Assembly: GCA_015680685.1 (NCBI GenBank)
Contig: MNCI01002932.1
Span: 191,052 to 255,051 of the forward strand
Source: Gnetum montanum
Taxonomy: Eukaryota > Plantae > Gnetophyta
Direction: 5' to 3'
DNA: 64,000 bases
The translations under genes and the position numbers were made by a program. Position 1 is the stretch's first letter. The number at the start of each line of letters is the position of its first letter. A model generated the notes under the pieces. That model was not told the origin of the DNA. It saw only the letters and a program-made list of their open reading frames with translations, and made no database searches. This document shows, piece after piece, positions 38,806 through 52,289 of the stretch.

Positions 38806-41259
38806 TTGTTAAAGAAATTTTAATAAATTTTCTATTTTTGAGAAGAAGCCCCCAAAAAGTGCTATCTTAACAAAATTCTACAAGATTCAAAAGATAATGC
38901 AGATCATTGCAACCATGCCAAACAGATCAGTAAAAGTGTAGGATCTATCTATAATGCAGTGGAGTGTACAAACATAGAAGGGTAGAAAGAACCAAACTAC
39001 GATAGCAAAATTCCCTGAAAAATAGTCAAAGAGAGTACTAAAAAGAATAAGAGATCAAAACCAATATCAAAGAAAAAACACAATCTTCTAAAGCTAAAGT
39101 TCAAGGTAGGGCTAAGAATCATTGTTTCCATCAACCACTAGTTCTTGGTGCATTATTTGGCTAAGATCATGCAAAGCACTATATTTGCTGAGTGAAGGTG
39201 GTAGAGGTGGTAGAGAACTTAAACCAATTAGGCCTAGATGATTCCACATGGCAAGCAAAACTACACATATCTCCATCATCACATCATGCATATAAGATAT
39301 CATCTACATGTGGCTAAGAACCACAAAGTGTGACAAATCCACACAAACCAAGGTTCACATGACCTCAGGCATAGTTGCATGCTTGTTTCTAAGGGTACCA
39401 ATGTTCTAGTCAGAAAAATCATTGTCTTGCATTTTTATCATGGTAGAGATACTCTCCTATATCTAGTGACTCTTTGGGGGTTTGTAACACGTCTTACTCC
39501 AACTGTTGTAGGGATTAAGGCATAGAGTTGTCCTACACATTATGCTACTGCATAGCCCTTCACACATTAACAAAGATAAATAACGAAACCATCAACATGT
39601 ATTTTTTCAAAGGAACTAACATGAGTGAGTAGAGAGACAAAACTTAACATGTAGGGAAAAGAATCCCAAGCTTGGAATTAGGGGAATTGTTCAGGATTAG
39701 AGTTGATGAGGGGCAAAGGTATTAGGGACTGAGCTTCAATGTTATGTGGAGAACTGTTCTCATTGATATGGATTGAAAGAGCACTAAAATTACAAATGCA
39801 ATTGCAACTCAAGGAAAACCAAGATAGATATGTAAAAGACTCAATTGATTTCATTATTTTTTCTACCAATTTCACCAAAATCAAAACCAATCTCGTCTAA
39901 ATCAAAATCAATGTCATCATTGGGTAATTTCTATTTCATTTAAAATTTAAATTAATTTCACTCATTCTCTAAATCAATTTTATTGCTACATCAATTCTGT
40001 TAAAACCATAACCAATTTCAACATCTTACATATGAATTTTGTTCATCTTATAAAGAAAATTCATTTAATGTACTAAAAAAATTCATTGTTAAAACAATGA
40101 CTATTTTTAGCTTTTGAAAGTAAACATTTGTAAATGAATCTCAATCTATGGGATTTGTATAATGCATTTTATGGTCCTAATTATTCCCAAAGAATTTTTG
40201 CATAGCCAAAAATGTGCAATGTACCAAAGGATTACAATTTTTTCTTCAAAAGACTAACCTTGTAAAGCAGCAACAAACAAACCAAAGGTGCTATTTTTGA
40301 TGCTGAAACTGCTAACTACATAATGATACAATGAACAAATTACTGCTATACATACTGAATCAAGTTATCTCAATTTTTGACAGGCCATGACATTATAGAA
40401 GGTGATGAGTGACGAGGTACCCCTACACTCAACCATATGAATACGAGCGTTGCATGCACGATCCAGCCGAACTTCGCAAATGGACTAGTTGTGGCATCTA
40501 GATCGTTATCCTTAGGTCACAGTTCACTGTCTTCCCACCTAGACTAGTATTAGCTTTGTCACATATGGTTTAGTCTAGAGTGAGGTGTATGATGTGTTTC
40601 TAATCTAATGCTACTCCTGAAGACAATGGAAGATAATATTAACTAAGCTAGGAGAGAAGGGTGAGAGAGAATCTAGCTAGCCTAAGTGCAATGAGCATCC
40701 ATTCCTTAATTATTCGTATACATCTTAGACTTCGTGCATGAATACCACTGGGAGTACCAAGCATAGATCCTAGGTATGCTNNNNNNNNNNNNNNNNNNNN
40801 NNNNNNNNNNNNNNNNNNNNNNNNNNNNNNNNNNNNNNNNNNNNNNNNNNNNNNNNNNNNNNNNNNNNNNNNNNNNNNNNNNNNNNNNNNNNNNNNNNNN
40901 NNNNNNNNNNNNNNNNNNNNNNNNNNNNNNNNNNNNNNNNNNNNNNNNNNNNNNNNNNNNNNNNNNNNNNNNNNNNNNNNNNNNNNNNNNNNNNNNNNNN
41001 NNNNNNNNNNNNNNNNNNNNNNNNNNNNNNNNNNNNNNNNNNNNNNNNNNNNNNNNNNNNNNNNNNNNNNNNNNNNNNNNNNNNNNNNNNNNNNNNNNNN
41101 NNNNNNNNNNNNNNNNNNNNNNNNNNNNNNNNNNNNNNNNNNNNNNNNNNNNNNNNNNNNNNNNNNNNNNNNNNNNNNNNNNNNNNNNNNNNNNNNNNNN
41201 NNNNNNNNNNNNNNNNNNNNNNNNNNNNNNNNNNNNNNNNNNNNNNNNNNNNNNNNNNN

Positions 41260-41935
41260 CCTAGAGTTTCTCCTCTTGTAAGGCCTTGAGTGCCTTGGCA
41301 TGCGTGTTAGTTTGTGCTTGTGCCATAGAGGCATCCCAGTCAACCTTCTCTTTTTCTTTCACCACCCTTTTATTCTTTGTCAATAGTTTATTAAGTTACT
41401 TAGTTCTGAAAGTGACCAATTGGTTCTGAGAAACCTTTGGCCCTATATTCGGAAGGTTTAATACTTCTGAAATGGCTTGAAAAAAGAAATCAACAGTCAC
41501 ACCACAATTGTTAACCATGGTGCCTTCTTCTTTGTTGTGCCAAAATTGGTACGTTTCCCCTAAGTACCAGGCACCACTTTCAAAGAAGGTAGGCCATAAT
41601 GGGGACCCTTTGAGGTGATCCCTAATGGCCTCTAGAGAAAATTCTATGAAAGTTCCAAAGTTTAATTCCATGATTACTATAGTGAATATGGACCTTTCAT
41701 GGATGGTCTGAACACAATCTTGGGGCAATGTGAGATATCGTCCTTGTTCAGATGCTGCAGCAGCTCCTCCTTCTGCCTACCTTGATTGTACAGTAGTAGG
41801 GTCTTCTTGGTGGGTACTAAATGATTGTTCTTCCTGCTTTGCATGTTGTTCAGTAGGAAATTGTCCTTCACCTCTCCTAGGTCATTTGATTTCACCTTGA
41901 GTAGGACCTTCTTGTTGTCTACATTTCGGGACCAT
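41260..41935 (-). pseudogene. Extra env-like ORF of element C, 5' part (rest lost in gap)
   Basis: TGCAG|ATG at 41935 in frame with the 41396-41728 ORF; homologous to 23470-25259. Confidence 0.8.
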
Positions 41936-43786
41936 CTGCAATCACACAGGGTCAATCATTAGTAAGGTTGTTACCAAAGTTAGGTTATACCTTACTGCTT
42001 GCCTTAATAGATTTACTTTATTTTCGTGTGATGTTAATTATTGGAAGAACATGTCCCTGAAAGATTATAATGTTGAGTCCTCTTTGCTTAGGTGCTTTCC
42101 AAATTTAATTTTTTGGTATAGCTAAGGGGATGAAATTATTTTTGACACATTTTATTCTTAATTTTTCAACTAATTACCCTTAAAGATGTCCTTCGGGTGA
42201 TGATGAATTTCAAAAAATCTATGCACTATTCGACGTGTGCCCCTCCCCCACGACTAAGCTAAACCCTTCGGGTTCAAGTAGGTTCAAATGGAATGAAAAT
42301 TAGAGTACCAATAAGCGAGTTATGGATATGAAAGCAAGGGGTGTGCAATCGCGAGTCATANCATCTGGTTGATTGTTAAAGGGTTCCATGGTAATTCAAC
42401 TAGTTTTGAAGGCACAAAAACTATGATGGTGTGGAATTTATCAATAAAGACCTCAGATGGTAAAGGGGACAAAAAGGCTATGTGATGGTTCATAGGAACG
42501 TTTTAATTGCAGGGATAGTAATAAGGGAAAGAATATCATTGACAATACTTTGAGGGTAATAAATGGTGTGTGGAAGATGGGTCATGAGTGAAAATTACAA
42601 AAATTATGCAACTAGGTCCTCCCCAAAGTACGTTCCAACCTTTAATGCCCTTGCGTAACCACACTTAAAAGTGTCCGTGGGCACTTGAAGGGTTAAATGT
42701 AATCCACACTGATTCCAAAAAACACACACATGTAAATATCACTAGAATGAGGTAAGAATTCTACGTTACACATGACACGAGCTACAATTACATGAATAGT
42801 GAGATGAGATGAACTATAGAAGGGATTGTAGAGATTGGGACATGAGGCAACTGACCCAGGGCATAGTGAATCCTGCGTGTAATGCATGATTAAGGTGTCA
42901 TTAACCCATTGTTCCAAGATTAGGACCAAGTCCATTTCTCTGATTAGTGACACCGCATTGTTTCATCCCATGATGAGTGACTATGAGAGTACCAGAACAA
43001 CAAAGTGTATGATCACTTGGCATTTTGTTCAAGGGAGGAGTGATTTTTATTTTGTGACACTTCCTTTATTTTTTTTCTTTATTCTCTTTTTTTTTTATTG
43101 CTAAATCTAGAGAAGCTGCCAACATTCAGGCATGGGTGCATGTCTTTCCAGTGGGACCTCGTAGAACAACATTGGATTTTTGAGTGCCCTTTTGATTACT
43201 CTTACTCCCATTTTTTGTTAGATCTACAAGGATCTTAGTATAATCACGTTGCATGATAACGCCCACAGATGTCACCGAAGAGAATCCTCAAGTCCCCTTG
43301 ATGTCACACCCTAATCATTCCCTCTTGGTCCATCCTTCTTCATTCTGGGTACAATGAACACAAAGTTAATTTTAAGTTGTTAGAATGTCAAGAATATCAC
43401 TATAGCCTCAAATAGAACCTCTTATTTGTAGAGTGGATGAGTGGGTGTAATGGGCTCATTGTCCAAATAATTGATCACTCGAGACTCAAAAACATAAAAT
43501 AAATCTCAACCAATGATCCACATGAGTGTTTTATTCATAGACAAGATTACTTATAAAAAATGTAAAAAGACAAAAAGACAAAAAGATAAAACAAGAAATT
43601 GAAAAATGAAAAACTGGAAAACAAAAAGTTGTAAAATTAAAGAAAATGAAAAGTGGTTATTAATCCTGCTTGTTATTAGAATGGGGGATATCCCCCATAA
43701 CTAATCAGTTGAGGATGGCAAGGATTAATAAATGGAAGATGAGGATCCTTGCATGTTGGAAATATTCAGACCCGGTCATACTTACC

Positions 43787-45560
43787 TCATCGACGTTCAC
43801 ACACTAGATTATAGTAAGCATAGTGGGGAAATTTATATGATGTAGTTTTCGGATAATGAGTTGATCCAATATGATATTTGGGACCGTTAGATGATATGCA
43901 AGGATTGGGATGATTCCTTCCATGGTTGTGTTCATTGGGTTGTATTGTTGTTGGAGTGTGAGTTGGTGGCCTTGATGAAGTAACATGAGGTGTGGGGTTC
44001 GAGGATAAGGGTGCACCACAAGGTTGGACTTGTGATGAGTTGGAGGGTGCAATGGACTCGGAATTATGTTGTCCCTTCTTAGGGTCATTTCTAAAGAAGG
44101 GACACCTTCGATGTTGCTGAGGTCTCTCACTGTTGTTAACAATATTAGCACAAGTAGTGTTCGTGGGCTGTTGCGATGGTGCAGACACCTTAGGAATAGT
44201 TGGCAGAAATGTAGAAGGAGGGAAAAAATGAGAATGTTGAAAGTTAGGAGGGGTATAAGGTGCACAAGGCAGTGGTTGTATTGAGGACATGGGCTGATAA
44301 TATTGAGGAGAATAGTAGTGCAGTGAGATAGAGTATGTTGACTCGGTTGGGGAAACAGGATGTTGAACCAAATAAGCATTTGGATTCAGATGATATGAAG
44401 GGTGTCTCCAGTTTAAAGGTGGTTTCCCCCATGACTGGGATTGTTGCCATTGTGATCGAACACAGTATCTCTGTACGAACTCTAGGTGCAATGTGTTTCC
44501 CCAATGCTCATATAAATGTGACAAGATTGGGCATTAGCCCTTGGGGTGATCGTATAGGCATATGTTGCATTCATACGTATGATTGGCAGTTGAGCTCTTA
44601 TTTTCCTTATCCCTTCTTTTTGATTTTCTACTAATACTTTGTCCTACTTCTTGGGTTGTCAAAATTCTATCCCCAATAATATCGATAAATTCTCCACACT
44701 TTTTATACGTCCATTCCAACATCTTATTGATCTTTGCCTCGACTTCTTCTAATGATTGTTGTATCGACAAAGATGGTTCTTTCTCCTTGTGGTAGGTTGA
44801 TTTCTCCTTTTTATGATTATGGACCTTTGTTAAGTTGAGATTTTGGTCCCGTTGATGTTTTTCAACACTCTCCCATCTATCCATTTCTCCTTCTTCTTTT
44901 GCTACCCACTTAATAAGCTCTTGGACTTAATGTGTTTGTAGTTCATATAGTTGACCTTAGGAATACATCCCTAGGGTTTCTCTTGTTGCATCATGCAGCC
45001 CATCAATGATATGGTACATTAGCCTTTCCTCAAAAAACCCATGGCTTGGATAGTTATTTAATAATGCATAATATCTTTCTAAGGCCATGTCCAAGGGTTC
45101 ATGTTATGCTTGTTTCCATCCTTGGATTTGTTTCCTCAAGGCTAACACTCTTGCGTAGGTTTGATATTTTTCATTAAAGAGTTATACCATTGTTGACCAA
45201 CGTCGTATTAAATTTGGTTTTAACAATCTATACCATACTTTTGCTTGGCCAACAAGTGTCATAGGAAAGAGCTTAAGTTTTTGCCAACTGTTATCAATGT
45301 TGTTCCATGCATAGGCATCATAGAAGGCTTGTAAATGTTGATGCAGATCTAAGTCATAGCCTCCTGAGAAATTAGGGAAGTTGTTTAAATCGAGCCTGGG
45401 TAGATGGCTCTCTTTATGATGCCTATGGGAGATTCAAATAGCCTCTTGTATTTGTGTTAAGCTTGTAGTGGCTAGTAGGGGTTCATCGTCATCAGGTAAG
45501 TTATGCTTTCATGCATTGGAATGATGTTGTTTTCGTTTATGTTTATAGGAAACCCCCACC
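43787..45560 (-). pseudogene. gag of element C with Pro/Gln/His-rich C-terminal region
   Basis: WQKLKLFPMTLVGQAKVWYRLLKP, QIQGWKQ; open segments 44534-44884 and 43787-44524. Confidence 0.85.
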
Positions 45561-45794
45561 TCGGGTTGCATACTCTAATCTTCATTATCATATAATTCAT
45601 TGGTTCTCCAATGAACTAGGTGTGGCATTATTGTAGTCTTGTAGGAGAGGCATGATTGTAAAGTTGTGTGTGAATTCGTATGTGACTTTTTATAATTATT
45701 TCTTTCTAAAAGATATATCGTTAAGTCTTGTACAATGACCTTGTATGATATAACTAATCTAGATAACTAGCACCATCCCTGGAAATGGCACCAA

Positions 45795-46593
45795 TGATGA
45801 GTGACGAGGTACCCCTACACTCAACCATACGAATACAAGCGTTACACGCGTGATCCAGTCAAACTTCGTAGACAGACTAGTTGTGGGATCTAGATCGTTA
45901 TCCTTAGGTCACAGTTTGCTATCTTCCCACCTAGACTAGTATTAGCTTTGTCACGTATGGTTTAGCCCAGAGTGAGCTTTATGATGTGTTTCTAATATAA
46001 TGCTACTCCTGAAGACAATGGAAGATAATATTAACTAAGCTAGGAGAGAAGGGTGAGAGAGAATCTAGCTAGCCTAAGTGCAATGAGCATCCGTTCCTTA
46101 ATTATTCGTATACATCTTAGACTTCGTGCATGAATACCACTGGGATTACCAAGCACAGATCCTAGATACGCTACTGGGTTACCAAGTAGTCACACTTAAA
46201 TGCTCGTAATCAAGTCGTACTCATTCCACGTTTAACAAGATTTTAAGGGTGAGAGATATTAACTAAGAAAGAAGTAAATAACAATTAATTAAATGATTAA
46301 TTAAACTAAGTGAATGCTGCAATGATGAAGTAATCTTAATCTTTATTGTTGGTCATGTGCGTGTCCAAGTACGTCACACTCGAATAAAAGATGTCGTACA
46401 ATTACAATCATAACACTACGGGCATGCATTAGGAGAAAGGGTTGAGAGGAAAAACTGATAGAAAGTCCCTACTTTAATACTAGGAGCTAAAATCAAAACT
46501 TAATACTAAACTGAATTCCTCATCTATCTACCTCTTATTTATAGATGAGAAGACAGGCTACGATATCATGGTCACCCAAATGATGACTCATCA
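45795..46593 (-). repeat. 5' LTR of element C (799 bp)
   Basis: TGATGAGT...ACTCATCA termini; repeat of 40403-40780. Confidence 0.95.
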
Positions 46594-46976
46594 GAAGGTA
46601 TTTCAAGTGAGACACTCTTTGTAGTTGTGGTTGGGTTTTAGTTTTAGTAAAGCTCAATGGAGATGGAGATGCAAATGGAAATATTGTAATGTCAATCATA
46701 GGCCTTTTCAACTTTGAATGCAATATTATGTGCTCTTACCATACAATATAACATATGTGACACTCAAAAAATAGGAGAGCACTTTTTAAAAGTTTTGAAC
46801 AAATTTGATGAAAAAGTGAAAAAGAAAATAATTAATTTTCCCACAAATGAAATAAGTTTCCTTTAAAAAAAATTGCAAATAAAGAATGCGAATTTGATTT
46901 TTGATAAAGTGAAATTGTTATTAAAAAATAACAATTCCAATTTACCAAAGGAGTAATTTTGCATCTTCTTTATGCA

Positions 46977-47738
46977 TGTTAGAAAGGCTATCTAGTTTAC
47001 TAAGCATTGATCTAACTTTAGCATTATTGGGAGTGTGAAGTAAGAAAAATATGGAGATGTAGCCCTATGTGAGCATAATATCTACTTTGATATAAGTAGC
47101 ACTAATAGTTATCAAATAATGGACAACTTTACTTATCAATGTCTTAGGAAGATAAGTTAATGTGTGTTAACAATTCTTTAAGAACATCATAATTAACAAT
47201 TCATGATCTCATGAATTCTCATTGATTGTTTACAAGCATACAATACTTTGTAAACTCTTGTATTCATAAACATTCTTGGTTAAAATTTTTCCTAAGTTAG
47301 TCTTACTAGTGAGGCTTGATCCCTTCAAACATTTGTTTATGCCTCAACCTGTCAACATCTTATTCTTCTCATAACTTGGCTTCCACTTCAATTTGTGGGT
47401 TCTACTTCATGGATACATAGTTCGCATACTTTTGTAGTTTGTGCTAATAATTCCAAACTACCTTTCAACTTCTCTAACTTTTGTCAAGTGATACTTCTAT
47501 GGTTCCTTTCTTTGTTAACACCACCTTTGGATGTCTTCTTTTATGGATTCATCTTTAATTCTCATACTAACTTCCTTCACAAGTTCTTTTTGTATTACTC
47601 ACTCAAACATATGCTTACACTTTAACATTCATAGAAATTGTACTTCTTGTCATATATCTTGGTATCTTTCTGACTTTCCATATGAAACCAATGGTTGTAC
47701 ATCAATTTGATGTATATTGTCTAACACTCCTCTTCAAG
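46977..47738 (-). mobile_element. Copia-like 3' LTR (46977-47726) with PPT; decayed internal sequence continues to ~48480
   Basis: TGTTAGA...TCTAACA inverted termini; CTTGAAGAGGAG|TGTTAG PPT/LTR junction on the - strand; second purine tract at ~47850. Confidence 0.6.
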
Positions 47739-49559
47739 CATTAGTTTTGTTTATTTCTTTGGTTGTTAAGAATTGCATGGATATTCTAGAAGGATAATGA
47801 AAATAATACATATATTCATGTGGCTAGTCAACACTCTCATATAATAACTTCCTCCCCTTTGGTCATAAATTTGTAGACAAATTGATAATACAAGGGAATG
47901 CTAGCATGAAATGAAATATTTTATTATAACATCTTGGAAAATGGAACAATGCATAGTATCATCATGCAATGTTTCACCCTCTAGGAATTGGGATTAGACT
48001 TCTTGTTTGGAGCTAATAATTTTGAAACTTTTGACTATAGCTATTCTCCTTCCATGACCTCTTTTGAGGTCTCTTATGCCAAAATGGAATTTTGTTGAAG
48101 ATCATGTAGGATATTTTTTAGTGTGACATTCTACTTGGTAGCTTATTTTGACTTAATCATGATAGGATCATTTGTAGGATTTGTTGTAGATTTTAACATC
48201 TCCTCCAACTTGTGAGTAGTTCTTATCCTTCTTACAATCTTCTTCACATGAACAGTCTTTAATGTTGCAACTTACTCTCACACTACTTCAAACTTCTTTT
48301 TCCTTTGACATCCATGTCATGGATTTCTCATAGTCCCCTTTAATTTATGGCCTTGTACTTATTCAAGGGATGTGACTCTTCATGAAGTTGTTGTTTGTTG
48401 TAACTTTTATAAGTTCACGATTTGCTTATGACACTAAACCTAACTCTCACTATCTAAATTTTAAACTTCTCATTCTCACCTTTTGGTGGTTCCTTTAATG
48501 TTTTTTTTTTTCCAGAAAATTTGGGCTATCTATTAAATATAAACAGTAAAATATAGAATACATCATCCTTGTGAAACAAATCCTAGAATCAACTGAAGGC
48601 CAGCCCCTCCAAGACCCAAAATAATGGGTGAATATATCCCCAAAAATCCAAGAACGTGATCGAGTGAAAAAAAATAACAAAATAGGAGGCCCCTCAATCA
48701 AAAACTAGTGAGAAGTTTAAATTGAGTTAGCTAGCACTACAATTCTTGTTCTTGAATACTAAACAAACATGTCCTCATGGGGAAGAAAAGTTAAAATGAA
48801 TCCCTCTTGTTGTCACTTTGATATCAAGGGATTGACTATCTTATATCAAGGAAGGAAGTGAGCTTCAAAGAATTTCAGTAGGCAGTAGCCTTTGTGGCTA
48901 TAGAGCACAATAGGGCTATGCTGGATACCATTCACAATTAAGAGAGGCATTGGTGTAGATGCTTAACACTCTCTATGTGTCTTTAGGTTGTTTTTAGGTG
49001 GGGCGACATTTGTTTGGTGCAACCTGGGTGAGTGTTTTTGGAGGGTTTTGGCTTTTATCTTTCTTATTACTGTTGTTTCATTCTGAATTCTTGGAGAGAA
49101 TTTTGATGAGTTGGGGAAAAGGGGGAGGGGGGAGGGCATGACTGTTACCCTTATTTTTCTTTTGGGATGAGATGGATGCTCTCTCCTTGTCTTTTTTTAT
49201 CCTTACATTAAAAAATAACTTTATGATTATGATAATATGATACCTCAAACAACACAATAGATCTTCAAACTAACATAATTCAAAAAGAACCAGAAGACAT
49301 AGACAGTCGCAAATGCAAATGCAGGGCTATAGTGGGTCCACTACAAATGTTAAAGGCTAAAATGCAAGTCAGTAACCCTACAAGTTCATTTTGTCCAATC
49401 ACAAAAACTTTCAATTTTATAGCCTACAAAATCTCTCAAATTAGACATCCACCTAAGTTTGGATAAACAAAGCTAGAAAGATATGCAAGATGCAAAACTA
49501 GCCACATCTCCACTTTCACCAAACATATAATATTGGAGAGAGAATATTACATCCCTTAT

Positions 49560-50717
49560 TGATGATTTAGTATATAGAGGTTTGATTGACTCAAAATTTA
49601 TTTGGGGGTTGTTGGAACTAGAAGTAGATTACCATATATACCCCCACAACATATAGCCAACATGAAACTTGAGTAGAATTTAAGTAAAAGTTTATAACTC
49701 GGCACTATCCAATGGAATTAAACCTATTACTTGGAGTTTCCAAATCTTTAGTTTTACTTTGACAAAGAAGACATGCATCTTTGAAGCATTTCTTTAAATA
49801 TGATGTTAAAGGTATTTATGAGTATAGACTGAAGATCTAAAATTTTATGCATTTTCAAATACTGATTGGGGAGGTGATTAGGATGAAAAAATTCCAAATT
49901 TAGCTACTATCACCTTTCATGGAGCTAATCTAATATATCTTAAATTAGGAAAACAATGTCTCGTAAGTTTTTCATCTTGTAAAAATAAATTTATTTTCAT
50001 GTCAAATTATATTCAATACATTCTTTGGTAAGAAACTATATGTGATAACACTTAGTAATAATGCTGTCAAAAGAACATGTGCGATATGTGATAACACTAT
50101 GTAAGAAACTATATGTGATAACACTGTGTAAGAAACTATATGTGATAACACAAACATCAAATTCTAATTCATCAAGAATGAAGTAAAGAAGGGAGTAATT
50201 CTTACAAAACATGTGGTATAAGGTGAGGAACTAGTACATTTTATAACCTAAAGCATCTTATCTTACAAGATACATTATTTGATGAGAAAGATTAGCATCT
50301 CAAATTTGATTGAAGAAGAAGACGATGGACAAACTACTAGTTGAATAGCCATGACTCAACAATGTACATTTAAGAAGGGAATGCAAGTTATAGTGTGAAA
50401 ATGTAGTCATATTTAAAGTCTATTATGTTTCCTATTTTTTTAATGTTTAAAAAGTCTTAAGTCATTTAGGAAAAATGTATTTTAAGAAAATCCTTGTATT
50501 TTATTAAAGAAAATTTTTAGAAAAACTTAGAGCTTTTTTTAAAAAAATATCAAATGAAAATAGCTTATCTATATTGGCTAGGTCACCCAAAAAAATCCCC
50601 TAATAGAAGAAAAAACAAAGCAAAATATAAACTTGCATCTACATTCTTCTTCTAGAGATAAATATTTAAAGCATCATGCTTTATAACTAAAAATTTAAAT
50701 TACATACCTAACCAACA
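49560..50717 (+). mobile_element. Ty1/copia RT-RNase H remnant with PPT and probable 3' LTR
   Basis: YRGLI, TDWGGD*DEK, KQCLVSFSSC, ICDN motifs; TTAAGAAGGGAA|TG at ~50370-50383; LTR end uncertain. Confidence 0.75.
50028..50151 (+). repeat. Short tandem duplications of TAAGAAACTATATGTGATAACAC inside Copia RNase H
   Basis: ATATGTGATAACAC occurs four times, the last three ~27 bp apart. Confidence 0.85.
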
Positions 50718-51173
50718 TTGGCCCCAATTGTACAACATTGGACCCACCCTCATTAACCACCAAAGAAATCCTCAATGACCTATACTAAATAAGTACTATG
50801 AAGAAATGTGAAAAGAACCCAATTGTTGAGAGTGCAACAATAAACTAGAAATTTGATGTGAATAAGCAATCTAAGGGGCTGAAGGGCATTCCTCACCTAA
50901 GTTGAAGAGAGCTCTAATAGGCCCTAGAGGACCAAGCCCATGTATGCAACAACATACAAGGATAACTTATGTCTAGGGGTAAAAGACCAACCAAGATCAA
51001 AGATAGCTAGTTTCTCCCAAAATCTATTTCAATGAAGTGTACTAAAGAGAACACAACACAATGAAATTATAACATAATATAAGGTAGCAACATGATTATT
51101 TAATTATTGAGCATAGAGATATGAGTATTTGATTATAAAATAATAGATACATGCCTCAAAAATTAGACCACAT

Positions 51174-51190
51174 AGTGTGTGTGTGTGTGT
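51174..51190. repeat. (GT)n microsatellite
   Basis: GTGTGTGTGTGTGTGT. Confidence 0.9.
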
Positions 51191-52095
51191 TATAAAAAGA
51201 AATTTGCCACCAAAAATTAAAGAAAGGAAATTTTCAAAATTAGCTCACATTTCAAACACACCTTAGAGAGTACAAGAAGCTACACATATCAAATGCACCT
51301 TGAGGATGGTTGAATAGGAATTAGACCTTGCTATTAACTAGACTAAGTTCACTTCTTACTACCCGGCCTCAAGCTAAGGCAACATATCAAAAGCACCATT
51401 GTCAGAGTGTTGGGTGTTACTACTAGGGCCTAATGATGAGGTATATTAAGGTATGTCTATTTTTAATTGGAATAAGAGGAATATCTAAATCCATCTCATT
51501 AATAAGATTCAAAGCTAGGTTGACTATAGGCACATCATTTTCTTTCAAGGTAGGTGTCTTTTTAGCTCATTAGTCTTGTCTGCTATTACAAGATATGTTG
51601 CCTCTATTTGTTTTCCACTAGTTACAGTCATAAATTAATTAATTCAATTTGTAAGAACTTCCTTTGATTTGGGGGAGGTAGGTCCTTAAACCCATTTGTT
51701 GTGCTAGAACATTATGGTGAGGCCTAAATAGTGCATGACCCTAGTATATCATGATTTGAATAGTGTAGTTTGACTAGGTAACTAAAGTTGATTCAAAGGC
51801 TTGCTTCCTAGGAGAACATCAGTTGGGTTAGACTTATATCCACTAAGTGCCAACCTTGAGAGTACCAAAAGGGAGGCTTAGTCCTCTAAAATGCCCTCAA
51901 TAAATTCAAATCTATCATAGATGATATGAATGTTCAATTGAATTGCAAAGTGAAGGACCTCTTACTATTGAAATTTATGAAAATTTCTAGGCTCTTGGTC
52001 ATATGTCATAGGAGTTGGGATTGATTGTTAATTGGAACAAATCTATAGCACACTTATTCAATATGAATGGGATTATGAATGGAAGAATTTTTTGT

Positions 52096-52186
52096 ACCCT
52101 AGGGATCCCCCTAGGGACCCTATAGGATTCCTACCTAGGGATCCCCCTAGGAACCCTATAGGATTCCTACCTAGGGATCCCTATAT
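52096..52186. repeat. 36-bp tandem repeat (~2.4 copies) built from short palindromes
   Basis: CCTAGGGATCCCCCTAGG(G/A)ACCCTATAGGATTCCTA repeated. Confidence 0.9.
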
Positions 52187-52289
52187 ACACTTGGAACCGA
52201 ATTACCTCTTGGTCTCGGTTTATTTAGAGGATTCAATCTAGAGTGAAGCACTAGACCTCTAGATTCTTAACAAGAAAAGGGAATGTTCT

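Larger units (their letters stand above)
40403..46593 (-). mobile_element. Non-autonomous Athila-type element C (gag + env-like ORF, no pol)
   Basis: Highly similar LTRs (40403-gap and 45795-46593), TSD GAAGG (40398-40402, 46594-46598), PBS TTGGTGCCATTTCCAGGG at 45777-45794. Confidence 0.92.

Noticed and set aside
39100-39560. Coding-like minus-strand remnant
   Set aside because: Multiple stops and no recognisable motif; cannot assign.
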